The notes under the pieces were generated by a model, which saw only the letters and a program-made list of their open reading frames with translations, had not been told where the DNA came from and ran no database searches. Positions 10,698-20,091 of a stretch of DNA of 64,000 nt are shown piece after piece. Source of the DNA: Veleropilina oligotropha (lineage: Eukaryota); assembly GCA_048128005.1 (NCBI GenBank), contig JBEUKZ010000075.1:124001-188000 (forward strand), given 5' to 3'. A program made the position numbers and the translations under genes. Every line of letters starts with the position of its first letter. The stretch's first letter is position 1.

Positions 10698-10854
10698 TTA
10701 GCTAGGCATCTACTGAGCAAGCTCTCGCATGTCGGACGCTGTATACCTAGTCTTTGCTTGCAGCCATTGCCTGATGTTGCTGTTGCAGGTAGCATTGTGG
10801 TATTGGATGTACGGCTATATTAGACCGGCGAGGCGATGTTGGAAACGCTTGAGG

Positions 10855-11486
10855 ATGGACAGCCTTCTCGACCAACTCATGGAGGACGAACAAGAAACGA
10901 CCGTCACCCCCGGCGGGGGGGGGGGGGGCACCGCTCGACGACCGATGGCGAGGAACCTGTCAGTAACTCCGTAGGCACGGCAAAGAAGCGGGAGAGGCTT
11001 GCCGCGCTAGCCGTTGGAGGACAGGCCCACAGATACTTGGGGCGCAACCTCACAATTGACCGGATCGACGAGATGACCGATGATGAGATCGACAAACACC
11101 ACGCACGGTACGAAGCGAGGCTCGGTGCCGAGATGACGAAAACCCTGGGAACGGCCGCGATTCATCTCTATGCGGGTGTAGCGGGGATGTTCCTGCCCAT
11201 CCCACGGGAAAGCCAGCCACGTCTGATCGCCGACCTGGAGGCAGACCCATTCATCTCACATGCCCTGTGCACTGCAAGCTGTGAGCTTTATCACCAGTAT
11301 GGAATGTATCTAGCCCCGCTGACCGCGGCGTTGACCACAGCTAAGCACTGCCGATTTGGACACGTCTGCCCCCCCAAGATACAGCGAGAGCGAGATCAAG
11401 ATGACGCCGCCGGAAATGGACCATCCGATAGAGAGGGTGACCCAGCCGATAGAGAGGGTGACCTCTTCTTCGGGGAAGGACCCTAA
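10855..11486 (+). pseudogene. Viral hypothetical protein, probably frameshifted in the G14 run 10915-10928
   Basis: MDSLLDQLM.. joins KRERLAALAVGGQAHRYLG...YEARLGAEMTKTLG...DPFISHAL...YGMYLAPLTAALTT across the G run. Confidence 0.6.
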
Positions 11487-11880
11487 GGTGGCTGCAGGGA
11501 GGGCCGGAGCTGCTGCGCGGAAGGCCAAACAGGAGAGGCTACTTGCTGAGGTTTGAAAACTTAAAGAGGATACCTGACAAGTATCCGTCAGCGAAGTTCC
11601 TTCAGAACTGCCGGAGGCGCCACATAGTATCCCAGCCGCGATGACCGCAGTCGAAAAGGACGTTCGCGCCGGGGGCGCAGTGTCAGATACACGGAAATCG
11701 GACCCATTGAATTGGGCCCTCTTCGCTGCAGGCGGGGTTGCGTTGTTATTTGTTGTCTGGAAACGCAGCAGTGGTCCATCCACACCACATCAACAGCCAC
11801 CAGCACAGGCGAGGCAGCCGGCCCACCCCACCACCACCACCGAATTGGAGACTAGGCCCAACCCTTTCGATATGCAATAG
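11401..11880 (+). pseudogene. Viral protein with C-terminal TM segment; two in-frame TGA stops (11554, 11575)
   Basis: ORFs 11356..11556 and 11641..11880 share a frame; KDPKVAAGRAGAAARK motif and WALFAAGGVALLFVVW TM segment. Confidence 0.6.
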
Positions 11881-11892
11881 TCGCAGTACAAC

Positions 11893-12132
11893 ATGACTAC
11901 CCCGATTACTGACGGAAAGATGCTCGGCAACTCCGTCTATCACTCGGCCATAGTATCAGGCCTCGCCATCGGCTACTCACGCCTGATAAAGATGGCCTTC
12001 AAGGGGGTAAGCCCCAAGCTGGACTTCACGGGTTACGACGTGGGGATGGTCGTCCTCGACGTAGCGCTCGCCATGGCGACGAAGGACATGCTGATCAAGC
12101 AAGACATCATCCCCGCCGACATATTGAAGTAG
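11893..12132 (+). CDS. Small hydrophobic/amphipathic viral protein (79 aa)
   Basis: Intact ORF, ACAACATG start context, in the tightly packed gene run. Confidence 0.7.
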   Translation: MTTPITDGKMLGNSVYHSAIVSGLAIGYSRLIKMAFKGVSPKLDFTGYDVGMVVLDVALAMATKDMLIKQDIIPADILK

Positions 12133-12160
12133 TGGGACCTGCTAGAATTGCAGCATTTCA

Positions 12161-12592
12161 ATGGCTTCCATTGCGATGCTGGTTGGGGGCGCTCTCGTCA
12201 ACGCCCTCGCCTTCAGCGGGTCCAACTTCCTATTCTCGAAGCTCCGCAGCTCCGGTGTTGATGAGGAGCGTAAACGCCACGACAAAGCCGTAGAGCAGCT
12301 CCAGGCCGCTCAGACTAAATGGTCCCAAAAGCGGGCAGAGCGTCTCGACTGGCTCAACGTCGAACTTCGCCGCCAGGGTCATGCCGTTAGCACTTTCCGG
12401 GATGTGGACGCCGCGATCCGTGAGTATGCCTTGATCACCGGCAAGAACCTCGACCCCGGTTTGGGGGGTGGCCCTGAGCCCGCCCTGTCTGACTACTACA
12501 CGCCGAGTGACGACCAGAAAAATCGTGAGATCACATTCGTCATCCTGGGGATGGCTGCGACCGGGTTGGTAGCCTACAAGCTCCTACCCTAA
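12161..12592 (+). CDS. Viral membrane protein (143 aa) with hydrophobic termini and a central coiled coil
   Basis: MASIAMLVGGALVNALAFSGSNFLF...EERKRHDKAVEQLQ...ITFVILGMAATGLVAYKL. Confidence 0.75.
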   Translation: MASIAMLVGGALVNALAFSGSNFLFSKLRSSGVDEERKRHDKAVEQLQAAQTKWSQKRAERLDWLNVELRRQGHAVSTFRDVDAAIREYALITGKNLDPGLGGGPEPALSDYYTPSDDQKNREITFVILGMAATGLVAYKLLP

Positions 12593-12628
12593 TTTCCAGT
12601 GGACATTTTTTCGTGGACATGTATAATA

Positions 12629-12889
12629 ATGGGGCTCCCAGAAGAGCTGTACTTTGCCTTGCTAGAGGTGGGCCTTGGTACTACGTCACTCGACTGCTGG
12701 CGGCGCAACGAAAAGACTATGGTGCGGTTCGCGGTCATGGTGCTCTCCCGGGGGGGCCCGACCAACCTACGGGCGACGACTGGGCAGCTTCCAGAGGCGG
12801 AAGCTGAAGCCTGTTGGAGACTGATCACGTTGCTGGAATACCTTGCAAGTCTCGATGGCAGCAAAGAGACAAAAGCCCCTGACGGCTAA
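12629..12889 (+). CDS. Small viral hypothetical protein (86 aa)
   Basis: ATG preceded by TATAAT; fills the gap before the integrase. Confidence 0.4.
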   Translation: MGLPEELYFALLEVGLGTTSLDCWRRNEKTMVRFAVMVLSRGGPTNLRATTGQLPEAEAEACWRLITLLEYLASLDGSKETKAPDG

Positions 12890-13825
12890 AGCACTCGACG
12901 AAACCCTCCGCAAGTACTACTACGCAGTTGGGGGGTTCCAGGGCATCTCAGCTCTGCACTCAAGGCTTCCAAAAGGCGCAGCCTCAATAAAACGAATCAG
13001 GGCGTGGATCTCGACACAGGAGGTTGGTTGGTATATGCAGACGAAACCCCCTAGAGAAGTCTTTGCCCGTTTCACAGAGGACAGGCCCGGTGTGATCCAC
13101 CAGGCCGATCTTCTCTACCTCCCACATGACAAGGTCGGCCGTAAAACGTACAAGTATGTGTTGACCTTGGTCGACGTGGCCTCTCGCTACAAGGCGGCCA
13201 GACCACTAACATCAAAATCGGCCGGCGAAGTAGCTAAGGCGTTTGCTGACATCTACAAGACAAACCCGTCCCGCTTATCCTGGCCAAAAACGCTAATGGT
13301 GGATGACGGGCACGAATTCAAGGGGGAAGTATCCACTCTTCTAGGGAAGCACGGAGTTGATATACGACGCGCAGAGCCGGGTCATCACCGATCGCAGGCA
13401 TTTGTTGAGTCATTCAACCGCCAGCTGGCTGAACGACTATTCAGGAAGCAAGCACATGAAGAGCTGAGCAGCGGCCGGGACAACCGCCAGTGGGTGTCCG
13501 TTCTTCCAGCTGTAGTAGCAGATATGAATGCGACGCCAACACGACTAACTGGTCTTCCTCCAGCGAAGGCAGCCAACATGTCGCAGGTTCCGCTAGTGGC
13601 GACCAAACCACCCGCACAGGAAACGCTGTTACAGATTGGCATGATGGTCTACATCACCACAAAGAACACCTGAAAGATACCGGGCGCCGTCGCACAACGG
13701 ATCCATGGTGGACACATAAGCCCTACCCGATTCGCCGTCGCGTATCGGAACCCCACCAACCCGCGCTCTACTACACGGCATTCTCAAAGCATGGGTTCAC
13801 AAGGTCACAGCTGAGACCTGCCTAG
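12855..13825 (+). pseudogene. Retroviral-type (rve) DDE integrase, frameshifted at ~13665 before its C-terminal domain
   Basis: HQADL, VDVASRY, DDGHEF, VESFNR catalytic motifs; tail RRTTDPWW..YPI...PALYY..FTRSQL continues in the frame of ORF 13490..13825. Confidence 0.9.
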
Positions 13826-15315
13826 TGCTTGTGTCGACGATTACAGGACAGGCATGTCAACCGGACGTTCCACTTGTAGTGACCCTGACTGTCATCCAGG
13901 CGGTCGATACTGAACGTCTGCCCGTGGCATTTCGTGTATCCCTGAAGAAGGAGAGCACTATGACAGACCACGCACCTCTTGTCTGCAGCATCAATCATGT
14001 CGAGCACGTGGTTGACGGTGAGTGTGTGGTGTGCTCCAGTGTAGTGGGGTCGTTTCTTTTGGCGATCCACAACCACGTAGTGCTTGAGCCTTGCGGCGAT
14101 GAGCTCTCGCGAAGGTGTGGCCTGCTGATCGGTGGGAGTTATATCACCCGGAGCATCGTCAGGCGGCAGAACCCTTACAAGCTGATCCATCAACCGGGCC
14201 CGGCTCACTGCTGTGTATACGGCATTGCTCACCCAGCCACTCAGACCGTGGTCAACGATGTATAGGCGCGTGGGTGGTTGGATGGTCTTCCCTTGCACCC
14301 TATGCACCATCCCCCACCCCGCATATTTCCACTCAAGCGGTAGCCCGTTCTCGACTAGTTCAAGGGGGACTTTGACGATGGTCCCTCGATAGGCCGGCAC
14401 GGTTTCTCGACTACCTGGTATCAAGATAGGCCGACCCTGCATGCGGTACCGGTACGAGATGCTATCGTCTGGGTCGAATCGAATATTAGCAGGAATCCGG
14501 GGGTGTGTCCTTCTGTGCTGCCGGAGCAGCTGAGTCTGGACCTGCGCGCCTAGAGCGTTCGTGGAGCAGATCCAGATGTCATCGGGATTGGTGCGGCCTA
14601 CAGCTTCTACGAACGGCGTTGCGGCCAACTTATCTCTGAAGACATTGAGCTGTTTCTGGTCATTAGCGCACCACATCCGTGCCTTCACGTCGTGCAACGC
14701 CGACGTTGGCCCATGTTGACAGCGACAGCAGGACCACGGCTCGCCACACGCCTCACACAGGCACCTATAGTCGGTGTCAAACCACTGCAGGTTCTGGTTG
14801 GGGGACGAGGACGAGGCCCAGTCTGTTAACATGTGGTGAGGGCCTTCTTTATCGCCCCATGGCGGGATCTGCCCCATATCCCCGACGCAGATGATTTGAC
14901 ACGGCCTACGGGCGAGATAATCAAGGACGGTCATCAGGGTCTTCGTGGGGACCTTGCAACACTCGTCGATGACGATAACCTCGGCTAGGTTATCGAGTCG
15001 GTGTCCCAGGGCAGCCGGGTCCCAATCCTCGATCGGCTTGCCGACGGGTAGACATAAGTAATGGTGGATCGTCTGGACCTGTGCATTCGCTAGACCCAGT
15101 CTCGGGTTGTTGCGGTGTTCTTGGGCGATGTCGTTCTCAGGGGTGAGCACGACCAGCTTCCGGCCACGAAACGTCTGAACGGCCCACTCGGTTTTTCCAC
15201 TGCCGCCTTGACCTGCGAGGTATAAGCGTCGCGAGGTGGCCGCGCCGACATCAGAAGGGAAAGGAGGGGCGTTTCCGCCCCCCGGCAGGGGGGGGCAAGT
15301 CGAGACGACCAGCAT
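13822..15315 (-). CDS. SF1B (RecD/Pif1-like) helicase plus C-terminal HNH domain; 3' part of the replication polyprotein
   Basis: GQGGSGKT, VIVIDE, GDMGQIPP, VHRVQGKT, VYTAVSRA; C-terminal CVVC...SIDRLD..GH..NVRLTCLSCN. Confidence 0.88.
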   Translation of the reverse strand: MLVVSTCPPLPGGGNAPPFPSDVGAATSRRLYLAGQGGSGKTEWAVQTFRGRKLVVLTPENDIAQEHRNNPRLGLANAQVQTIHHYLCLPVGKPIEDWDPAALGHRLDNLAEVIVIDECCKVPTKTLMTVLDYLARRPCQIICVGDMGQIPPWGDKEGPHHMLTDWASSSSPNQNLQWFDTDYRCLCEACGEPWSCCRCQHGPTSALHDVKARMWCANDQKQLNVFRDKLAATPFVEAVGRTNPDDIWICSTNALGAQVQTQLLRQHRRTHPRIPANIRFDPDDSISYRYRMQGRPILIPGSRETVPAYRGTIVKVPLELVENGLPLEWKYAGWGMVHRVQGKTIQPPTRLYIVDHGLSGWVSNAVYTAVSRARLMDQLVRVLPPDDAPGDITPTDQQATPSRELIAARLKHYVVVDRQKKRPHYTGAHHTLTVNHVLDMIDAADKRCVVCHSALLLQGYTKCHGQTFSIDRLDDSQGHYKWNVRLTCLSCNRRHKH

Positions 15316-15370
15316 GCTCTATCGTCCAAGCACCAGCCTCTGGGCGCCACTCGTATCCCGGGGCTTTATG

Positions 15371-17857
15371 TCACCATTGCCCATACCTAGGCTGGTCTGG
15401 GACCAACATATGTTCGACCGATTCGGGCAGGCTCTTGACGTAAATGGTGTCGGTGCAGACACGAAGGACATCCTCATGTGGGAACCTTCGTAGCATGCGG
15501 CGGAGGGCGATGTTCGTGTATGCGAGTATGAAGGCTCGGATGTGGAACCACTGTGCCCGCCGTCTTCCGTCCTTGTACTGAATGAGGTGGACATTGCCGG
15601 CCTTCTCGAAGTTCAGGAGACGGTCGGTGCCGCCGAGCACATTGGCCAAGTAGGCGGCCTCGTTTGGATCGCGAACTAGGATGCTCGACTCATCACCATG
15701 GCGAGCACACTTGCCAACGAAGCGTACGGCCAGGTCTCTCAAAGGGAACTTGATAGCGGCCTTCGGGCCTACGCTGTATACCGCCTCGCGCGCTGTGACC
15801 TCCACCAGATCACCAGAGTCAACTAAGTCTGCAAGCTCGGGGGTAGTGATCCATCCATGCTTCTCCCGTAGGTGCTCGCCTACGCGACCTACGGTATAGG
15901 GGTGAGTCTCTGGGCTGAATTGCCATGCAGCGAGCTGCACCGCTCCTGTCAGGGTGAGGATATCTCTTATGGACACGCCCTCGACATTCGCTCGACGCAT
16001 CATACTCGTCGGGAACCCATACTGGCGCACCAGATCTATGGATTCTCCAACCCCACCACAGAGGGAGTCTTCGCAGCCAAGGTATGCTGCGCGCATGTCG
16101 AGATGATAATGAACACGGGTGCCCGCGGCCTCATCATTAGAATTCCAAACCTTGGCCTCAACCTGAGCCGCTCGCCAGGTGTCCAGGTGGTTTGCTGGCA
16201 TTGGCTTGATCTCCTCGCGGGCCAACCACTTCTGGAACCGGTACGACGTGGCCCCACCCATGGAGTGGGAAGCTCGGTGGTATTCCTCTTCAAGCGTCTT
16301 AAGTTCTTCGGAAGGATGCCAGTGCGTCTCGTCCTCGAAAGCGCGGTCAATAGCCATACTCGCGGCCCTCGACCTCCACAGGGAACCATCGCTACCCACG
16401 AGAGCCTGTCCACATACCCAGACCCGGACCGTCGATGGGATGGCCCTGGTGGCAAATGCGATCAGAACCTCTCTGGTAATTTGGTCCATGGTCTTCTGGG
16501 CAGCAGTGGTCTTTGGGGCCGCAATGGTCTTCTGGGCCGCAGACGCAAGGGCATGTTCTGCGATGTCGTCGAGACTGTACACCTGTAAGATCTTGGGTGG
16601 ATCGATCGGGATGCTTGCCCACGCGTGGTTGTTATGACACGGCACCTGAATCTTGGACCGGCCCTTGTATTTATCGCTGTCCCATAGAGTGTTGCCTAAT
16701 GCGTCGACGGCAACAAGCTTGACGTTGAGAGCCGCTTCAATGGAGAACATATCCTCGCGTGTGCAGCCCCGGTCTGCAAGCTTCTGGTCGAACACCTCAA
16801 GAACCTGTCTACGGCTCCGGGTTAACCCATCCCCAGCTTTCGTCATTCCGTTCCGGAAGTGGCCCACCACACAGCAAACGAAGCAGTTCACAAACTCTCC
16901 GTCTTCTTGAGGGGCTAGCATTGGCCCCGGTTCTCCTTTTTGCTCCGAAAGCGGACGAAGCTCATACCTAACATAGACGAGATATTCTCGCCCCTTCTCC
17001 CACGCCGCCTGGTCGATGCCGTGAAGAGCCCCGGCGCTGACCTGGTCTCCGCAAACCACCCCCTGCCCCTTAATGTGCTGCTCAGAGATTCCCACTTCCT
17101 CTGTCACTTGGGCAAGAGGCTCCTTGGCCGATTTCCCCACCACCGTGAACAGCTTGTATTGTGTGTCGGGGTGTAGAAGCTCCAACACCTCCGAGGCCAT
17201 ACCCAGCGTCACCCGAAGATCCCTCTTTTCGCACGATACCCAATACACCGCGCCTTCGTCTGTGATGTCTGGCCCCCTTACAACAGCCTGGAAGTCGAAT
17301 CTACGACCATCAACAGCCTCGGTAATCTCTTTACGGACGACGTCGGCGCCCGTCTTAATATAAGCCCCATCGGGGAACAGGACTGCGACACCGTCAACGA
17401 GAAGAGAGTAATAGGCATCCGAGGTCAAGTGATCTCTCAGAAGATCCCGGGGCCCCTTCCGAGCAATAGCCCCCGCAAGGGTCTCTTTCCGAGACCGAGT
17501 CAGACCGTGCAGGTGTGGCTTGATGATTCGATCCGTGATGTTACGAAGTGGCTTCTGTCGTATCCCGGGCTTTTTCTCAGCCTGGGTTTCGTATTTACGG
17601 ACCTTGACGGCCACCTCGACCTCGTCCTTAAGCTGCTGCAATTCGCGAGCACGACGGCCTCGTTTGTGGGGGTTCTCCACATCTCCACGGATGGAGGGGA
17701 ATCTTCCCGTTTTCATCGCCCGCTCGAGTCTCCTCCGAAACTCGGCAGCACGGACCCCGGCGATTGCCCTGAGGTCGTTTTTCTTGAACTTCGACCGATC
17801 GGGAAGCCCATAATCTTTCGCTAGATTACGCAGTTCTCTGAGGGAGACACGTACCAT
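15371..17857 (-). CDS. Divergent family-B DNA polymerase-like protein with an OTU-like domain; 5' part of the replication polyprotein
   Basis: Motif A-like LDMRAAY (~16082-16102), B-like RDLAVRFVGK (~15710-15740), C-like RVCTDTIY (~15440-15460); NC...GCTREDMFSIEAALNVKLVAVD...HNNHAW upstream. Confidence 0.7.
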   Translation of the reverse strand: MVRVSLRELRNLAKDYGLPDRSKFKKNDLRAIAGVRAAEFRRRLERAMKTGRFPSIRGDVENPHKRGRRARELQQLKDEVEVAVKVRKYETQAEKKPGIRQKPLRNITDRIIKPHLHGLTRSRKETLAGAIARKGPRDLLRDHLTSDAYYSLLVDGVAVLFPDGAYIKTGADVVRKEITEAVDGRRFDFQAVVRGPDITDEGAVYWVSCEKRDLRVTLGMASEVLELLHPDTQYKLFTVVGKSAKEPLAQVTEEVGISEQHIKGQGVVCGDQVSAGALHGIDQAAWEKGREYLVYVRYELRPLSEQKGEPGPMLAPQEDGEFVNCFVCCVVGHFRNGMTKAGDGLTRSRRQVLEVFDQKLADRGCTREDMFSIEAALNVKLVAVDALGNTLWDSDKYKGRSKIQVPCHNNHAWASIPIDPPKILQVYSLDDIAEHALASAAQKTIAAPKTTAAQKTMDQITREVLIAFATRAIPSTVRVWVCGQALVGSDGSLWRSRAASMAIDRAFEDETHWHPSEELKTLEEEYHRASHSMGGATSYRFQKWLAREEIKPMPANHLDTWRAAQVEAKVWNSNDEAAGTRVHYHLDMRAAYLGCEDSLCGGVGESIDLVRQYGFPTSMMRRANVEGVSIRDILTLTGAVQLAAWQFSPETHPYTVGRVGEHLREKHGWITTPELADLVDSGDLVEVTAREAVYSVGPKAAIKFPLRDLAVRFVGKCARHGDESSILVRDPNEAAYLANVLGGTDRLLNFEKAGNVHLIQYKDGRRRAQWFHIRAFILAYTNIALRRMLRRFPHEDVLRVCTDTIYVKSLPESVEHMLVPDQPRYGQW

Positions 17858-17899
17858 CTCGACATGACCCTACAACACAAGTCTCTAATTGGAACTTTT

Positions 17900-18196
17900 T
17901 TAAGTCGCGCGCGACTGCAACTCGCGCAATACTTTGCCGTAGAGACGGCGAGCTCTGTTTCCGGTGTTTATGAGAGCCTGGGCGGCACGACGACCTCCAC
18001 ATGATCTACACACCAGAACGGCCGATTTCGTGCCCCCACCACATCTCTTACATGGCGGGGGTGGTGTTATACCCATCCGAATTTGCCGTCGATGGGCATT
18101 GCAAAATTCGTTGACGCAGCTACGACCACAAACCCCAGCGGCATTAACTGTCAACCAAGGGCATACATTCTTTCCCCACATGGCAGAGTATAGCAT
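17900..18196 (-). CDS. Small Cys-rich zinc-finger-like viral protein
   Basis: C..CGRSC....C..H and CKRC..CRSC clusters followed by a basic helix. Confidence 0.6.
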   Translation of the reverse strand: MLYSAMWGKNVCPWLTVNAAGVCGRSCVNEFCNAHRRQIRMGITPPPPCKRCGGGTKSAVLVCRSCGGRRAAQALINTGNRARRLYGKVLRELQSRAT

Positions 18197-18319
18197 CGCA
18201 TATACCAGTCTCTAAATAGTTCATGACACTATTGAGCCCGGTACACGGCGAGGGTAACGGGCCCCCCGGGAAGTCCCTACGGGCTCTTACTACCAGCTCT
18301 GTTCAAACGGGCGTGGGGT

Positions 18320-18428
18320 CCCGGGGGGTATAGAATACGAGCCCCCTCAGTTCTGAAATAGGGCTGGGAGCCTCCCCGATCGCCCCGCGCCCCCCCCTAA
18401 CTTATTTCAAAACCCCCTAGTCCCCCCC
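18320..18428 (-). repeat. Right terminal inverted repeat
   Basis: Reverse complement of 2333-2440. Confidence 0.95.
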
Positions 18429-19128
18429 CAAAGATATTTCCTGTGCATTTAACGGTTATGGATAACTGACCATTGCGGGCAGGTTTTTTCCTGGCGATAG
18501 TATGGATGTGTCCTGGTACGACACTGAAGGGTGTTAAAATCAAACGTAAAGCGTCAATGCAATCATTGTTTTGGCCCCTACGCCATGTTGCTCACCCTGC
18601 TACTCTAGAGGTACCTGCAATGCAGCATGATACTACAGCATTATAAACACGCTTATGAAGCTAAATTCAAATAGTTCCAGATCTATCTCTTAAGCGTTGA
18701 TCTGGCACGTATCATGAGCATCAATTTTGGGGAAGGGTTTTCAGGGTCATGTGTCTAGTGAAAAAGAGAAAGCCTAATCTTTGACATTCACATTTTGGTA
18801 TTGCGATGATAATATGACATCATCAAATGGAATCCTAGACGCGTTTTTTAAATCTCTACATCAAACAAGAGATAAAGCTCGAAATGGCTCTCATGCGTGG
18901 AACTGAGCATCAATCACTTATATTTCATGAGTATTGTGTCTACATTCAATAGCAGATGACATTATCAATTTGAAATAGACACAAAGCATATAAAAAAATT
19001 CTACTCTAGGGTTAGATGACAATGAAATAGTGATATTTGACAAAGGAAGATGCCTATTTTTGCATGCTTGAGAAACTAACCAAAATTCCTAAGTCCAAAA
19101 GCAGCATTACATGGTAAAATTTGAATTA

Positions 19129-20091
19129 AACTAGACTTATCACAGAAGTGAACATATGTCCACACAAAAGCACTTGACCCAGAAACAGGTCGCAGTGACC
19201 TACTTTTGGTACCCGACACACTTTTGGGATATGAAGCATGCACACATCAATTAGTATGGGAGATATGGAGCAGAAGTGAATTTTGGACAATGCGGTCAAG
19301 CTTGGAAAGTAGGCCACAGTGACCTATTTTAGTACGTGACACACCTTTGGGTTATGACACATCCACACCAAGTTTCGTGTACCTAGTTCAAATAACATGG
19401 GAGATGTCGAGTGGAAAGGAATATTGGACCAAATGCAGGTAAGCGTGAAAAGTAGGTCGTGGTGACCTACTTTTGGTACGCTACACCTTTGGGTTAAGAT
19501 GCATGCACACATCAAGTTTCGTGTCCCTCGGTCAAATAGTATGGGAGATTTTGAGCGGAAGGGAATTTTGGACCAAGTGAGATCTAGCGTGAAAAGTAGG
19601 TCGTGATGACCTACTTTCGGTATGCGACACACCTTTGGGTTATGACGCATAATCCACACATCAAGTTTTGTGTCCCTAGACGAAATATTATCGTAGATAT
19701 GGAGCGGATGGGAGCACAATTAATTTCAATATTATTTATTTATGGTCAGATAACAATGAAATAGTGATATCCAACATATAGTCATGCTGAAACATGCATA
19801 TTGTTGCTTACATAGCATGATTGAGAATCTCTAACCAAAAATTTCTAAGTGCAAAAGCAGCATTTTATGGTGAAATTCGAATGAAATTACATTAAATAAT
19901 ATTTATTTAGTGTGAGGTAACGATGAAATAATGATATCTAGCATATAGAAATGTTAAAACATGCATATTGTTGGTTACATAGCATGATATTGAGAAACTT
20001 GAACAGGAGAACCAATTGTTGACGCCGGTCCGACGGCCAGACGACGACATGCTCATTACATAGACTCGCATTTGCGTTGCATGCGAGCTAA
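19129..20091 (-). mobile_element. Non-autonomous Helentron-like (HINE) element with internal ~120-bp tandem repeats
   Basis: Repeats GGTCGTGGTGACCTACTTTTGGTACG... at 19185-19720; hairpins TCACAGAAGTGA and CTCGCATTTGCGTTGCATGCGAG at the ends; (GAC)-type microsatellite near 20030. Confidence 0.55.

Larger units (their letters stand above)
2333..18428. mobile_element. Endogenous Polinton-like/adintovirus-like (MELD-type) dsDNA virus, full length
   Basis: TIRs at both ends; direct repeat CAAAG at 2328-2332 and 18429-18433; intronless, densely packed GC-rich ORFs for capsid, penton, packaging ATPase, integrase and PolB/helicase. Confidence 0.92.

Noticed and set aside
2333..18428. Bacterial contamination or prophage
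   Set aside because: Clean TIR/TSD junctions in animal DNA, and the integrase/A32 ATPase/capsid set of eukaryotic Polinton-like viruses
2333..18428. Adenain-like maturation protease gene
   Set aside because: No ORF with the expected His...Gln-Cys pattern was found in the track or in the gaps I translated; absence judged by eye only
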